Positions 39,299 through 50,347 of a stretch of 64,000 nucleotides of DNA are shown piece by piece. The position numbers and the translations under genes are program-made. A model generated the notes under the pieces. The model did not search any database and had not been told where the DNA came from. It worked only from the letters and a program-made list of their open reading frames with translations. The stretch spans positions 1,056,001 to 1,120,000 of the forward strand of contig OZ244070.1 in assembly GCA_965215605.1 (NCBI GenBank). The letters run 5' to 3'. Position 1 is the stretch's first letter; the number at the start of each line of letters is the position of its first letter. The DNA is from an uncultured Candidatus Binatia bacterium (GTDB lineage: Bacteria > Desulfobacterota > Binatia > UBA9968 > JAJDTQ01).

Positions 39299-39364
39299 GT
39301 CATTCCCGCGGAAGCAGGAATGACTGAAGGAGGTGCGGGAATGACGGATAGACGCGGGAATGAC
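39299..39364. repeat. Cluster of ATTCCC-N8-GGGAAT-type (dRS3-like) palindromic repeats
   Basis: GTCATTCCCGC at 39299-39309, then GC(A/G)GGAATGAC at 39314, 39335 and 39354. Confidence 0.7.
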
Positions 39365-39382
39365 ATCGTCAGGCGCCGGAGC

Positions 39383-39670
39383 CTACTCGTGCAGGATCCG
39401 GATGTCCGACTCGCCGAGCTCGGCCAGGCCCATCCGGTCCACGAATTCGACCACCTGCCGAAGCGTGGCTTCGACGATCCTGGCGTTGCTGCCGACGACG
39501 CCGAACCCCAACAGCGCCCGCTGCCAGAGTTCCTGGTCGCCGCACTCCGTTACCGAGATGTTGAACTTGCCGGAAACCCGGGACTGGATCCTGCGCAGGA
39601 CCGATCTTTTCCCCTTGAGGGAGTGATTCTCCGGCAGGATCAAGGCGATCTTGAGAACGCCGACCACCAT
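39383..39670 (-). CDS. DUF503 (YlxP-like) protein
   Basis: HSLKGKRSV...FNISVTE...D..WQRA pattern; between infB and rbfA. Confidence 0.88.
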   Translation of the reverse strand: MVVGVLKIALILPENHSLKGKRSVLRRIQSRVSGKFNISVTECGDQELWQRALLGFGVVGSNARIVEATLRQVVEFVDRMGLAELGESDIRILHE

Positions 39671-39681
39671 GTGGGTACCGT

Positions 39682-39719
39682 CCTTCGACTTCGCCCCGCT
39701 CCACCAGCGAAGTCAAAGG
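39682..39719. repeat. Intergenic hairpin downstream of infB
   Basis: CCTTCGACTTCGC...GCGAAGTCAAAGG inverted repeat. Confidence 0.45.
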
Positions 39720-39731
39720 GAGCCTGAAGGG

Positions 39732-42542
39732 CTACCGGTCCGCCGAGAGCTGCGCCCCGCCGCCGTCCATGCGCGCCTGGGCACGGGTGATGGGGACCTT
39801 CTCGAAACCCTCGATGACGTCGCCCACCTTGACGTCCTGATACCCGTCGATGGCGATGCCGCACTCGTAGCCCGTGCCCACCTCGCGCACGTCGTCCTTG
39901 AACCGCTTCAGGCTGGCGAGCTTGCCCTCGTGCACCACCACCTGATCCCGCAAGAGGCGTACCATGCTCGAACGCAGTATCTTGCCGTCGGTGACCGAGC
40001 AGCCTGCGATGGTGCCCACGCCGCGGATGTTGAAGACCTCGCGGACCTGAATCCGGGCGTGGAACTCCTCGCGGAAAACGGGATCGAGCATCCCCTCCAT
40101 GGCGGAGCGGATGTCATCGATCACCTCGTAGATGATGGTGTAGAGGCGCACGTCCACGCCCTGCTGCGCCGACAGGCTCATGGCCTTGGGCTCGGGACGG
40201 ACGTTGAAGCCGATGACGATGGCGTTGGACGCGCTCGCCAGCAGCACGTCGCTCTCGGTAATGCCGCCCACCGAGCCGTGGATCACACGGATCTTCACCT
40301 CCTCGGTGGAAATTCGGGTCACGGCCTCGCCCAGGGCCTCCACGGAGCCGTGCACGTCGCCCTTGACGACCACACGCAACTCCTTGACTTCGTTGGCCTT
40401 GATCTGGTCGTAGAACTCTTCCAGGGAGACCTTGCTGGTCTTCGCCAGCTCCGCCTCGCGCTGCTGGGTCTCGCGGTACTCGGCGAAATGCCTTGCCGTC
40501 CCCTCATCGGTCAGCGCGGAGAACGCTTCACCGGCCTGCGGCGCCCCCTGCAGCCCGAGGATCTCCACGGGTATGGACGGCGTCGCCTGGTCGACCTTGC
40601 GGCCCTGATCGTCGATCATCGCCCTTACGCGGCCGTGATAAGGGCCGGCAAACAACGGATCGCCCACCTTCAACGTGCCCTCCTGCACGAGCACGGTGGA
40701 AACCGGACCGCGGCCCCGCTCCAGCTTGGCCTCCACCACCACGCCGCGGGCCAGTTTATTGGGGTTGGCCTTGAACTCCAGCAGGTCCGCCTGAAGCAAC
40801 AGCATCTCCATCAGGTTGGGCAGCCCCTCGCGGGTCACGGCCGACACCGGAACGAAGATCGTGTCGCCGCCCCACGCCTCGGGCACCAGACCGTGGTCGG
40901 CCAGGCCGCGCTGGACCCGGTCCGGATCCGCGTCGGGGCGGTCGATCTTGTTCACGGCCACGATGATGGGGACCTCCGCCGCCCGGGCGTGGTCCACGGC
41001 CTCGATGGTCTGCGGCATCACGCCGTCATCCGCCGCCACCACCAGCACCACGATATCGGTGACCTTCGCGCCCCGGGCGCGCATGGCGGTGAAGGCCTCA
41101 TGACCGGGGGTATCGAGAAAGGTCACACCCCGCCCGTCCAGCCCGACGTGGTAGGCGCCGATGTGCTGGGTAATGCCGCCCGCCTCCGCGTCGGTGACGT
41201 GGGTGCTGCGGATGGCGTCCAGCAGCGACGTCTTGCCGTGGTCCACATGGCCCATGATGGTGACCACCGGGGGCCTCGGCTCCAGGGCCTCCTTCGGATC
41301 GATGACCTCGTGCTGATCCTGGAGCGCGGTTTCGACGTCGAAGGCCACGTTCTCCACCTGGTAGTCGAACTCGTTGGCCACCAGGGTCGCGGTGTCGTAG
41401 TCCAGTACCTGGTTGATGGTGGCCATCATGCCGAGGCCCATGAGCTTCTTGATGACCTCGCCCGCCTTGATGCCCATGGACTTGGCCATGTCGCCCACGG
41501 TGATGACCTCTGCCATCCGCACCATCCGCTTGCTGGCCTTGGGCACCGTGATCTCGGTCTTCTTCTGTTCCTTGCCGGGCAAGGCGCGCTTTTTCCGCAG
41601 CACCCGGCCGCGCGGAGAACGGAACTCGCGCTCCTTGAGCTCGATGACCTCCTGCTTCCGGATGACCCGCTTCTTCCCCTTGCCCCCCTTGCCTGTCTTG
41701 TCCTGTCCGTCGGCTACGGCCGGCTGCCCGCCGGGGCGCGCCGCCCGTTCTCCGGCGGCCGCGGCCGTCTTTGCCGGCGCGGGTGTCTTTGCCGGCGCGG
41801 GTGTCGCCTTCCGGTTCAGATCGATGCGGCCGAGGATTCGCGGACCGGCGGGCCGGGGCGCCGGGTCGGCGGCCGCGCCATTGGCCGCGTCCGCGGCGGG
41901 CTGTGCCGGCTCGGCCCCTTCCGCCGGTAGCGGGGCCACGGCGTCATCCGCGCGGAGTCCCGCCGCTTCCTCCAGAGGACTGCCCGCGTCCGGCTCCGCC
42001 GGCGGGGTGTCCACCGGCTCGAACTCGGGGCTCTCGGGCGCGGACGCGCCGCCTTCGGCTTCCTGCGCGGCGGCTTCCTCCGCCGGGGTTTCCTGTCCCG
42101 GCGTCTCCGCGGGCGCACCTTCCTGGAGCGCGGTTTCGCGGGCCGCGGCCTCCTGGGCCTCCAACTCCTCGGCCTCCGGTTCCGGCTCCTCCGGCGCCAC
42201 GGGGTGAATGGGCTTGCGGGTGAGCAACTCGACCGTGCTCCGGCGGCGCCGGATGACGTTGGCCTGGACGCGCCGTTCCACCACCTTCTCGTGCGCCTGC
42301 ACCTCGCCCATTTCCTCGTCTTCGGCGGTGATCGTGCGATCGACGACGACCCGTTCTTCGCCAACCGTGACCTTCGGCTTCTCCATGGCGGCAATCGCCG
42401 CCTTGACCGCCTCGATTTCGGACTCGTCGAGGGAGCTCTGCGGCTTCTTGCCACGGACCCGGATCTTCTCGAGTTGGGCGATGAGATCCTTGGGCTCGAT
42501 GTCGAGCTGTTTGGCCAGTTGATGCACTCTCACTTTGGTCAT
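39732..42542 (-). CDS. infB: Translation initiation factor IF-2
   Basis: [12 protein letters not shown]-terminus; [13 protein letters not shown] and NKID motifs; long Pro/Ala/Glu linker. Confidence 0.97.
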   Translation of the reverse strand: MTKVRVHQLAKQLDIEPKDLIAQLEKIRVRGKKPQSSLDESEIEAVKAAIAAMEKPKVTVGEERVVVDRTITAEDEEMGEVQAHEKVVERRVQANVIRRRRSTVELLTRKPIHPVAPEEPEPEAEELEAQEAAARETALQEGAPAETPGQETPAEEAAAQEAEGGASAPESPEFEPVDTPPAEPDAGSPLEEAAGLRADDAVAPLPAEGAEPAQPAADAANGAAADPAPRPAGPRILGRIDLNRKATPAPAKTPAPAKTAAAAGERAARPGGQPAVADGQDKTGKGGKGKKRVIRKQEVIELKEREFRSPRGRVLRKKRALPGKEQKKTEITVPKASKRMVRMAEVITVGDMAKSMGIKAGEVIKKLMGLGMMATINQVLDYDTATLVANEFDYQVENVAFDVETALQDQHEVIDPKEALEPRPPVVTIMGHVDHGKTSLLDAIRSTHVTDAEAGGITQHIGAYHVGLDGRGVTFLDTPGHEAFTAMRARGAKVTDIVVLVVAADDGVMPQTIEAVDHARAAEVPIIVAVNKIDRPDADPDRVQRGLADHGLVPEAWGGDTIFVPVSAVTREGLPNLMEMLLLQADLLEFKANPNKLARGVVVEAKLERGRGPVSTVLVQEGTLKVGDPLFAGPYHGRVRAMIDDQGRKVDQATPSIPVEILGLQGAPQAGEAFSALTDEGTARHFAEYRETQQREAELAKTSKVSLEEFYDQIKANEVKELRVVVKGDVHGSVEALGEAVTRISTEEVKIRVIHGSVGGITESDVLLASASNAIVIGFNVRPEPKAMSLSAQQGVDVRLYTIIYEVIDDIRSAMEGMLDPVFREEFHARIQVREVFNIRGVGTIAGCSVTDGKILRSSMVRLLRDQVVVHEGKLASLKRFKDDVREVGTGYECGIAIDGYQDVKVGDVIEGFEKVPITRAQARMDGGGAQLSADR

Positions 42543-42802
42543 TTCCCACTCCGTTGAGCGCCAAGCTTTGCCAACAGGCCCTCGCGATCCTTGCGGGGCA
42601 GATCGCGGCGAAAGGCCCGGTACAGGCTCTTCCTCTTCAGGAAAGCTCGCCGGCAATCCTCGCTGTCATGCAGATAGCCTCCTCGTCCGCTGTGCTCTTC
42701 GGGCTGCAAGCCTTCCTCCGTGATCGCCACTCGCCGCAGAACGGACTTCAGGTCACGCTGACCGCAACCCATGCAGGTCCGTAAGGGCGAACGGCCGCTC
42801 AT
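42539..42802 (-). CDS. ylxR: YlxR/DUF448 RNA-binding protein
   Basis: PLRTCMGC...GRGGY pattern; between nusA and infB. Confidence 0.85.
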   Translation of the reverse strand: MSGRSPLRTCMGCGQRDLKSVLRRVAITEEGLQPEEHSGRGGYLHDSEDCRRAFLKRKSLYRAFRRDLPRKDREGLLAKLGAQRSGK

Positions 42803-42811
42803 TCCGCCGCT

Positions 42812-44320
42812 TTACGCCCCTTGCCAAGGGGTCGGCTCCACTTCCTCCTCACCCTCCGCGGGGGCGGGCTCCTCGGCGACTTCGCCGGCCGCCGGCTCCG
42901 GCTCGGACGCCGTATCCTCACCCTCGGACGCCGCATCCGCGGCCTCACTGACGGTTTCGCCGGCGTCGCTCGCGCCTTCCTCGGCCCCGGCGGCCGCCGA
43001 CTCCTCCGCTTCGGCCGCTGCTTCCGCGGCCGCTCGTTCCGCTTCGGCCGCCTGTTCCGCCTCGAGCGCCAATCGTTCGCGCTCTTCCTCCACGTGCCTG
43101 GCGCTCGCGTCCAGAATGACGAGGGCCTTCTCGAGCTCGATCCCGGTGATCTCGTTGATGGTCGCCGCCTCGGCCTCGGACAGATCTTCGGCCGACTTGA
43201 ACCCCGACTGATAGAGCAACTCGGCCATCACCTCGCTGACACCCGGGACCGCCGCCAACGACTGCCTCGCCTGCCGGCTTTCCTCTTCGGCCTCGGACTC
43301 GCTGCGGGCGTCGATGCCCCAGCCGGTGAGGCGCGACGCCAGCCTGACGTTCTGTCCCTTGCGTCCGATGGCCAGCGAGAGCTGCTCGTCCGGCACGATC
43401 ACCTCCATGCTGTGGGCGTCGTCGTCCAGCAGGATCTTCGTGACCTTGGCCGGCGCCAGCGCGCGGCAGACGTACTCGGCCTGCTCCGGTATCCAGTGGA
43501 CGATGTCGATCTTCTCGCCGCGCAACTCCTGCACCACGGACTGGACCCGGGTCCCCTTCATGCCCACGCACGCGCCCACCGGATCCACATCGGCGTCGTG
43601 GGAGGTCACGGCGATCTTGGCCCGGCCGCCGGGCTCCCGGGCGGCGCCCTTGACCTCGACGATCCCTTCGTAGATCTCGGGGACCTCCTGCTCGAACAGC
43701 TTGATCAGCATCCCCGGATGGGTCCGGGAAAGCACGATCTGGGGTCCCCGGCTGGTCATCTCCACGCTCACGATGTAGGCACGGATCCGGTCGCTCTGCC
43801 GGTACCGTTCCCGCGGCACCTGCTCCTTCTCCGGAAGGATCGCGTTGGTCCGTCCCAGGTTCACGATGATGTTGTTCTTCTCGAAACGCTGCACGATGCC
43901 GTGCACCAGCTCGCCCTGACGGTCCTTGAACTCGTTGAAGATGATCTCGCGCTCGACGTCCCGCACCCGCTGCACGATGTTCTGCTTGGCCGCCTGCGCC
44001 GCGATCCGGCCGAACACCGAGGAGTCCATCTTCATGAGCAGTTCGTCGCCCAGCTCCACATCCGGGTCCAGGGTCTCCCGCGCGTCCTCCAGATCGATCT
44101 CGGTGTCGGGGTCCGCGACGTCGTCCACCACCACCTTGGCCTCGAACAGCTCGATCTCGCCGATTTCGGGATTGTACTGCGCCTCGAAGCTCCTCTCCGC
44201 GCCGAACGTCTTCTTGGCCGCCGACACCATGGCGGACTCGATGGCCTCGACCAGGATCTCCCTGTCGATGCCCTTTTCCTTGGTCACCTGCTCGATGACC
44301 CGATTAAGATCCTGTTGCAT
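42812..44320 (-). CDS. nusA: Transcription termination/antitermination factor NusA
   Basis: FGRIAAQAAKQ, AREPGGRAKIAV and AIGRKGQNVRLA motifs; acidic tail. Confidence 0.97.
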   Translation of the reverse strand: MQQDLNRVIEQVTKEKGIDREILVEAIESAMVSAAKKTFGAERSFEAQYNPEIGEIELFEAKVVVDDVADPDTEIDLEDARETLDPDVELGDELLMKMDSSVFGRIAAQAAKQNIVQRVRDVEREIIFNEFKDRQGELVHGIVQRFEKNNIIVNLGRTNAILPEKEQVPRERYRQSDRIRAYIVSVEMTSRGPQIVLSRTHPGMLIKLFEQEVPEIYEGIVEVKGAAREPGGRAKIAVTSHDADVDPVGACVGMKGTRVQSVVQELRGEKIDIVHWIPEQAEYVCRALAPAKVTKILLDDDAHSMEVIVPDEQLSLAIGRKGQNVRLASRLTGWGIDARSESEAEEESRQARQSLAAVPGVSEVMAELLYQSGFKSAEDLSEAEAATINEITGIELEKALVILDASARHVEEERERLALEAEQAAEAERAAAEAAAEAEESAAAGAEEGASDAGETVSEAADAASEGEDTASEPEPAAGEVAEEPAPAEGEEEVEPTPWQGA

Positions 44321-44341
44321 CTTTCTCCCCCAACTCCGGCA

Positions 44342-44833
44342 TCAGGGTGACACCCACTCGTACTCGACGTTGGCCTTGACGATGACACCGAACGGGATGA
44401 ACACTTCACAACCGTCCTGCACCACCACGACGCCGTCGCCGGCTGCGCCGTGGAGAGGTCCCAGGAAGTTCTTCCGGCCGTTGATCAACTCGCCGGTACG
44501 AACCCGTACCGTTCGACCGACGCACCGGGCGAAGTGCTCCGGTTTCCTGAGCGGACGATTGACACCCGGAGAGGACACCTCCAGGGTATAGGCGCCGTCA
44601 ACGACATCGTGGACATCCAGAATGTCGCTCAACTCCCGGCTGACCCGGCTCAGCTCGGCAAGGCCCGGGGCGTCGAGATCTTCCTGTTTCTCGACCTTGT
44701 CCAGATAAACGCGCAACACGCGGCCCGATCTTCCCTCGTGCCGGAGCTCGATGTCCACCACCTCCAACTCCTCACCGGCGGCCAACGGATCAACGATCTC
44801 CCAGAGACGATCCAGTGTCTCGCTTGTCGCCAT
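44342..44833 (-). CDS. rimP: Ribosome maturation factor RimP
   Basis: YTLEVSSPGVNRPL motif; first gene of the nusA operon. Confidence 0.94.
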   Translation of the reverse strand: MATSETLDRLWEIVDPLAAGEELEVVDIELRHEGRSGRVLRVYLDKVEKQEDLDAPGLAELSRVSRELSDILDVHDVVDGAYTLEVSSPGVNRPLRKPEHFARCVGRTVRVRTGELINGRKNFLGPLHGAAGDGVVVVQDGCEVFIPFGVIVKANVEYEWVSP

Positions 44834-44842
44834 CGGCACCTC

Positions 44843-44869
44843 AAATAAAAAAGCGGGCAAGCTGCCCAC
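44843..44869 (-). promoter_or_regulatory. rimP leader terminator-like hairpin
   Basis: Minus strand GTGGGCAGCTTGCCCGC-TTTTTTATTT directly upstream of the rimP RBS; resembles the widespread GGG..CCC rimP-leader. Confidence 0.7.
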
Positions 44870-45003
44870 CGATGATTATCCTTTTACACATTGACGCCCC
44901 CGAATGCAAGTTCGATGCCGGCGTCGAAACGTCCCGCCAGGGGGCCGGCCGCCGGTTGCCCCCCAAGGGCGAACTCGCTATCATCTCGTCTGTGTAACCG
45001 TCC

Positions 45004-46125
45004 ATGTTCAACCCGCAACCCATGCTCACCACACCGCATCCAGGCGGTGTTCCCGCGACAGCCTCCTGGCAGGACGTTCTCACCAGCCTGGAGGACGCCG
45101 TCATGGTGGTGGATACCTCACGCGGCGTCGCTTTCGTGAATCAGGCCGCCGAGACCCTTACCGGGCTGTCCGCGCAGACCATGCTGAAGCGCGATTCCGG
45201 CGACCTCTTTCACGCCAACGGCTGGCTGCTGGCGCTGATCGACAAGAGTCTCGGGCCGGACGAGAGCACCAGCCACGCGGAGAACAACTTCGTCCGGCGG
45301 CGGGGGCGGCGCGTGCCCGTGAGCGCCCTCGTTTCGCCCCTCCGGGACCAGGACGGAGGGGTCGCGGGGAGCGTCCTGCTGCTGCGGGACCGGACCCTGC
45401 GGCAGGCCATGGAGGAAGACCTGCGGCGGTCCGACCGGCTGGCGCTTCTGGGCAAGCTGGCAGCGGGGCTCGCCCACGAGATCAAGAACCCCCTGGGCGG
45501 CATCAAGGGAGCGGCCCAGCTCATTCGCGCCGAGGTGGGCCACGACCCCTCGCTGCTGGAAAACACCGACATCATGATCCGCGAAGTGGACCGCGTGAAT
45601 CAACTGCTCGACCAGCTTCTGGACCTAGCCCGTCCGGCGGGGCTCCAGGTGGAGCCGTTGAACGTGCACGAGTTGCTGGAGCACGTCCTGGGCCTCGAGG
45701 TCCATACGGCCGCCGCCGCCAAGGTGCGCATCCGGCGCTCCTTCGACCCCAGCCTGCCCTCCATCATGGGCGACCGCGGCCGGCTGATCCAGGTGTTCCT
45801 CAACCTGGTGGAGAACGCGCTGCAGGCCCGCCCCACCTGCATGACCGTGGCCACACGCATCGAGACGGACTTCTCCTTGCGCACGGACCGCTCCAATACC
45901 ACCAGGTTCGTCACGGTGGACATCCGTGACGACGGCACGGGGATCGACGAGGGGGACTTACCCGACATCTTCGCGCCCTTCTTCACCAGGAAACGCCGCG
46001 GGACCGGTCTCGGGCTCGCCATTTGCGACCGCAACGTCAAGGAACACGGCGGCCGGCTGGGAGTGGAAAGCCGCCTGGGCGAGGGGTCGGTGTTCAAGGT
46101 CTCCCTGCCCGCCCAACAGAGTTAG
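45004..46125 (+). CDS. PAS-domain sensor histidine kinase (NtrB-like)
   Basis: AHEIKNPLGGIKGAAQL H-box; NLVENA, DDGTG, FFT and GTGLGL boxes; no TM. Confidence 0.9.
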   Translation: MFNPQPMLTTPHPGGVPATASWQDVLTSLEDAVMVVDTSRGVAFVNQAAETLTGLSAQTMLKRDSGDLFHANGWLLALIDKSLGPDESTSHAENNFVRRRGRRVPVSALVSPLRDQDGGVAGSVLLLRDRTLRQAMEEDLRRSDRLALLGKLAAGLAHEIKNPLGGIKGAAQLIRAEVGHDPSLLENTDIMIREVDRVNQLLDQLLDLARPAGLQVEPLNVHELLEHVLGLEVHTAAAAKVRIRRSFDPSLPSIMGDRGRLIQVFLNLVENALQARPTCMTVATRIETDFSLRTDRSNTTRFVTVDIRDDGTGIDEGDLPDIFAPFFTRKRRGTGLGLAICDRNVKEHGGRLGVESRLGEGSVFKVSLPAQQS

Positions 46126-46130
46126 CCGTC

Positions 46131-47603
46131 ATGGAACAAGGCCGTATCCTGCTGGTGGAAGACGATGAGTCCCTGAGCCGGGTGCTGCGGAAGGCGCTGG
46201 AGGGCCAGGGATACTGGGTGGCCGCCTCCGCCACGGGAGCGGAGGCGCGGCAGCTCCTGGAGGAGTCCGGGACCACCGCCACCGCCGGGCCGCGTCCGGG
46301 CTTCGACGCCGTGCTGCTGGACATCGGCCTCCCGGATATCGAGGGGCTGGCGCTCCTCGACTTCGCCAAGGAGTCCGGCCTGCAAACGCCATTCATCGTC
46401 ATGACCGCGCAGAACACCATGCGCAACGCCATCGACGCCATGAAGACCGGCGCCTTCGACTATCTCACCAAGCCCTTCGACCTCGACGTCCTGATGGTGG
46501 TGGTGGAACGGGCGCTGGACCGGCGCCAGCTCATCCGGGAGCTCAGCGACCTCAAGAAGGAGGTCAAGAAGAAGTACGAGCCCGGGGTCGACATGATCGG
46601 CACCAGCGCGGCCATGCAGCAGGTCTTCAAGACCATCGGCCAGGTGGCGGGAACCGACACCACCATCCTGATCCAGGGAGAGAGCGGAACCGGCAAGGAG
46701 CTGGTGGCCAAGACCCTTCACTACAACTCCGCCCGCTGGGACAAACCCTTCCTGCCGCTAAACTGCGCTGCCATTCCCAGGGACCTGCTCGAGTCCGAGC
46801 TGTTCGGCCACGAGAAGGGCGCGTTCACCGGCGCCCTGGAACGGCATCTCGGCACCTTCGAGCTGGCCCAGGGGGGGACCTTGTTCCTCGACGAGATCGG
46901 CGAGCTGCCGCCGGAGCTTCAGAGCAAGCTGCTGCGGGTGCTGCAGGACGGCTCCTACCGGCGGGTGGGCGGCAAGGACATGCTCCGGTCGGATGCCCGC
47001 CTGCTGGCGGCGACCAACCAGGATCTGGAAAAGGCGGTCCAGGAGAACCGGTTCCGGGACGATCTCTACTTCCGCATCAATGTCATACCGCTGCGGATCC
47101 CTCCCCTGCGGGACCGCCGTTCCGACCTGCCGGCCTTGATCGACTTCTTCGTCGCCAAGGTCAACAACGACATGGGGACGCAGGTGTCGGGCGTCTCACC
47201 GGATGCATTGAAGGACCTCCAGGAATACGACTGGCCCGGCAACGTGCGGGAGCTGGAGAACGCCATCATCCGCGCGGCGGTACTGTCCCCGGGGCCGATC
47301 CTGTCGTCCAGGGACTTCGTCCTGTCGACCTCCGAGCCGCCGCCGTCCAACGACTATGACAGCCTGTCGCTGGAGGATGTGGTGCGGGGGAAGCTCGAGG
47401 ACTATTTCCGGCGCACCCGTGGAGTCCAGGTGGAGAATCTCCATTCCGTGATCATGGAACGGGTGGAACGGCCCCTCATCGAGTTGAGCCTGCAGGCCAC
47501 CCGCGGCAACCAGATCCGCGCCGCTCAACTTCTCGGCATCAATCGCAACACGTTGCGCAAGAAGATCACCGACCTCCGCATCACCGTCAAGCGGGAGCCA
47601 TGA
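46131..47603 (+). CDS. Sigma54-dependent response regulator (NtrC-like)
   Basis: REC domain; [14 protein letters not shown] and [10 protein letters not shown] motifs; Fis-type HTH ([20 protein letters not shown]). Confidence 0.93.
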   Translation: MEQGRILLVEDDESLSRVLRKALEGQGYWVAASATGAEARQLLEESGTTATAGPRPGFDAVLLDIGLPDIEGLALLDFAKESGLQTPFIVMTAQNTMRNAIDAMKTGAFDYLTKPFDLDVLMVVVERALDRRQLIRELSDLKKEVKKKYEPGVDMIGTSAAMQQVFKTIGQVAGTDTTILIQGESGTGKELVAKTLHYNSARWDKPFLPLNCAAIPRDLLESELFGHEKGAFTGALERHLGTFELAQGGTLFLDEIGELPPELQSKLLRVLQDGSYRRVGGKDMLRSDARLLAATNQDLEKAVQENRFRDDLYFRINVIPLRIPPLRDRRSDLPALIDFFVAKVNNDMGTQVSGVSPDALKDLQEYDWPGNVRELENAIIRAAVLSPGPILSSRDFVLSTSEPPPSNDYDSLSLEDVVRGKLEDYFRRTRGVQVENLHSVIMERVERPLIELSLQATRGNQIRAAQLLGINRNTLRKKITDLRITVKREP

Positions 47604-48220
47604 GCTGTCTGCCGTCACGGTTGTACGCCATCGTGGACAGCGCTCAGACCGGAGGACGTCCGTTGGCCCCGGTGATCGACGCCATGCTGGCCGGAGGCGT
47701 CTCGGTGCTCCAGTTGAGGGTGAAGGACCGGCCGGCGGACGAGTTCCTGCGCATGGCCCTGACGGCGCGGGAGCAAACCGCCCGCGCGGGTTGTCTCTTC
47801 ATCGTCAACGACCGGGTGGACATCGCCCTGGCCGTCCAGGCCGACGGCGTGCACCTGGGACAGGAGGACCTGCCGCTGGATGCGGCGCGGCCCCTGGTGG
47901 GCGACAAGCTCATCGGCATCTCCACCCACAGCCTGGAACAGGCGGAAGCGGCGGAGCGGGGCGGAGCGGACTACATCGGTTTCGGCCCGATGTTCCCCAC
48001 CCGCACCAAGGAAACCGGCTACGCGTCCCGGGGACCCTCGATGCTCGAGTCCGTGCGCGCGCGGGTGGGGATCCCCATCGTCGCCATCGGCGGCATCACC
48101 GCGGAAAACGTCGCGCAGACATGGAAGAGCGGAGCCGACGCCGCCGCCATGATCAGCTACCTGACACGGGACGGCGACGTGGAGGCGCGGGTGCGGAGCG
48201 TTCTCGATCGACGGTCCTAG
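47600..48220 (+). CDS. thiE: Thiamine phosphate synthase
   Basis: QLRVK, VNDRVD, GVHLGQED, STH, PTRTK and AIGGI motifs. Confidence 0.94.
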   Translation: MSCLPSRLYAIVDSAQTGGRPLAPVIDAMLAGGVSVLQLRVKDRPADEFLRMALTAREQTARAGCLFIVNDRVDIALAVQADGVHLGQEDLPLDAARPLVGDKLIGISTHSLEQAEAAERGGADYIGFGPMFPTRTKETGYASRGPSMLESVRARVGIPIVAIGGITAENVAQTWKSGADAAAMISYLTRDGDVEARVRSVLDRRS

Positions 48221-48235
48221 TGTCCTGTCCGGAAA

Positions 48236-49615
48236 CTAGGCGCCCTCGTACTCCTCCGAGCCCGGGTAGCCCTCGTCGTCCCGTCCGGTGTAGTCCTCGA
48301 ACCGGGTGTATTCCTTCAGGAAGGTCAGCTTGACCGTATCCACGGGTCCGTTGCGCTGTTTGGCGATGTTGATCTCGGCGACGCCCGGGTTCTTGCTGGC
48401 GTCGTAGGCCTCGTCCCTGTACACGAACATGATCACGTCGGCGTCCTGCTCGATGGCGCCGGACTCACGCAGGTCCGCCATCTGCGGATGTTTGTCGCCC
48501 CGTTCCTCCACTCGCCGGTTGAGCTGCGACAGCGCAACCACCGGAACCCGCAGTTCCTTGGCGAGGGCCTTGAGGGAGCGTGAGATCTCGGAGATCTCCT
48601 GCTCCCGGTTCGGCGAGTCCCGGTGCCCGCGCATGAGCTGCAGATAGTCGATGATCACCAGCCCGATCTTCCGGCTCCGGTCACGCAGCAGCCGCCGGGT
48701 CTTGGCGCGCACCTCCAGCACGGTGATGGCGGGGGTGTCGTCGATGTAGACCGGGGCGTCCCCCAACTGCCCGGCCGTCTTCACCAGCGCGGGGAACTCG
48801 TGCTCCCGGAGATAGCCGGTGCGGAGCCGGGAGTGGTCCACGCGGGCCTCCGAACACAACATCCGCAGGACAAGCTGCTCCATCGCCATCTCGAGGGAAA
48901 AGATCGCCACGCCGATGCCCTGCAAGGCCGCGTTGACCGCGATGTTGAGCGCGAACGCGGTCTTCCCCATGGCCGGCCGCCCGGCGACGATGAGCAGGTC
49001 CGAGGGTTGGAACCCCGCGGTGAGGCGATCGAGGTCGCGATAGCCCGTGGGCACGCCGGTGACCATCTCCTTGCGGTGGTAGAGCTCGTCGACCTTCTTG
49101 ATGGTCTCGGTCATGACGTCGCCGACCCGCACGAAAGACGCGCGGATGCGGTCCTCCGAGATGTCGAAGATGGCGCGCTCGGCGTCGTCGAGGAAGCCGT
49201 CCACGTCGCCCCGCTCCTCCATCCCCCGGGTGACGATGTCGGTGGATGTCCGGATCAGGTGACGGAGAATGGCCTTCTCCCTGACGATGCGCGCGTAGTG
49301 GGCGATGTTGGCGGCGGTGGGGACCTGGCTCGCGAGCTCCGCCAGATAGGCGGAGCCGCCCACGTCCTCCAGCTCTCCCTTGGCCTTGAGATGGTCGCTC
49401 AGGGTGATGAGGTCCACCGGCTCGTTGCGGTCCCAGAGGTCCACCATGGCCCGGTAGATCTTGCGGTGCGACTCCCGGTAGAGGTCGTCGGACTTGACCA
49501 GCTCGATGACCGTGTTGATGGCCTCGTTGTCCAGCAGCACGCCGCCGAGGATCGATGCCTCCGCTTCCAGGTTCTGGGGCGGGATCTTGTGAATGCCGTC
49601 CGCCACGTCCGCCAT
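48236..49615 (-). CDS. dnaB: Replicative DNA helicase
   Basis: PPQNLEAE, GRPAMGKT, IDYLQLM, LSQLNR, DLRESGAIEQDAD and KQRNGP motifs; no intein. Confidence 0.97.
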   Translation of the reverse strand: MADVADGIHKIPPQNLEAEASILGGVLLDNEAINTVIELVKSDDLYRESHRKIYRAMVDLWDRNEPVDLITLSDHLKAKGELEDVGGSAYLAELASQVPTAANIAHYARIVREKAILRHLIRTSTDIVTRGMEERGDVDGFLDDAERAIFDISEDRIRASFVRVGDVMTETIKKVDELYHRKEMVTGVPTGYRDLDRLTAGFQPSDLLIVAGRPAMGKTAFALNIAVNAALQGIGVAIFSLEMAMEQLVLRMLCSEARVDHSRLRTGYLREHEFPALVKTAGQLGDAPVYIDDTPAITVLEVRAKTRRLLRDRSRKIGLVIIDYLQLMRGHRDSPNREQEISEISRSLKALAKELRVPVVALSQLNRRVEERGDKHPQMADLRESGAIEQDADVIMFVYRDEAYDASKNPGVAEINIAKQRNGPVDTVKLTFLKEYTRFEDYTGRDDEGYPGSEEYEGA

Positions 49616-49618
49616 GGA

Positions 49619-49999
49619 TCACCCCTCGCCGACGGCTCCGGCGGGCGCCGTGCCGTGCTCCGCGGTCACCACCGTGTGGATGCCGCCGCGGACGTTGAAG
49701 TCGCCCATGATCCTCATGTACTTGGGCGAACAGGCCGCCACCAGGTCGTCGAGGATCCGGTTGACCACGTCCTCGTGAAAGGCGCCTTCGTCGCGGAACG
49801 ACCAGAGATAGAGCTTGAGGGACAGGAGCTCGATGCACCGTGGACCGGGAACGTAGCGGATCCGGATGGCGGCGAAGTCCGGTTGTCCGGTCTTGGGGCA
49901 CACGCAGGTGAACTCCGGGCATTCCATGGCCACTTCATAGTCCCGGTCCTGCCGTGGATTGGGAATGGTTTCGATCTGTCTGCTGGGTTGCGTCGGCAA
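49619..49999 (-). CDS. queF: NADPH-dependent 7-cyano-7-deazaguanine reductase (unimodular)
   Basis: [26 protein letters not shown] and RGGI motifs. Confidence 0.93.
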   Translation of the reverse strand: MPTQPSRQIETIPNPRQDRDYEVAMECPEFTCVCPKTGQPDFAAIRIRYVPGPRCIELLSLKLYLWSFRDEGAFHEDVVNRILDDLVAACSPKYMRIMGDFNVRGGIHTVVTAEHGTAPAGAVGEG

Positions 50000-50030
50000 G
50001 TTGCCTACCTCTCTCTCAGCCGCGGGCGCC

Positions 50031-50059
50031 TTGACTTGACGCCCCCTGGACGCCAGACT
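50031..50059 (+). promoter_or_regulatory. Possible sigma70 promoter for a leaderless small gene
   Basis: TTGACT-17 nt-CAGACT, 8 nt before the ATG at 50068; no RBS. Confidence 0.4.
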
Positions 50060-50067
50060 GACGCCGC

Positions 50068-50316
50068 ATGAAGCTCGACATCCACGTTCCTTCCATCGAC
50101 GGCGCCGTCAGGGCCGAGATCCGATCAATCGAAGACGGCAGCTCATGGTCGGCCTACCTCGTCGTCATCGGCGGCGTCGCGCTGGCGGATGCCTGTCTGG
50201 TGCTGGCGCGCTCGGGCGCGCCGCTCCGTTTCAGCGGCGAGACGGCCGAGGCCGCCGAAACCCGGGCCAAGGAATACGTCCAGGCCCACTACCGGGTCGC
50301 GCGCATGATCTGGTGA
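50068..50316 (+). CDS. Hypothetical protein (82 aa)
   Basis: Natural-looking composition, GC3-rich codons, fills the intergenic gap. Confidence 0.6.
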   Translation: MKLDIHVPSIDGAVRAEIRSIEDGSSWSAYLVVIGGVALADACLVLARSGAPLRFSGETAEAAETRAKEYVQAHYRVARMIW

Positions 50317-50347
50317 ACCCGGGTGCCCGCCTGCCGCGGCGGCCCTG

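Noticed and set aside
39299-39364. Possible mini-CRISPR array
   Set aside because: The repeats are 11 bp with 8-10 bp spacers and there are no cas genes; this fits a REP-like cluster.
41767-41805. 18-bp tandem repeat in infB (PAPAKT x2)
   Set aside because: Ordinary low-complexity IF-2 linker variation, in frame.
47560-47620. TPP riboswitch before thiE
   Set aside because: thiE overlaps the upstream regulator's stop codon, leaving no leader, and no TPP aptamer motif is seen.
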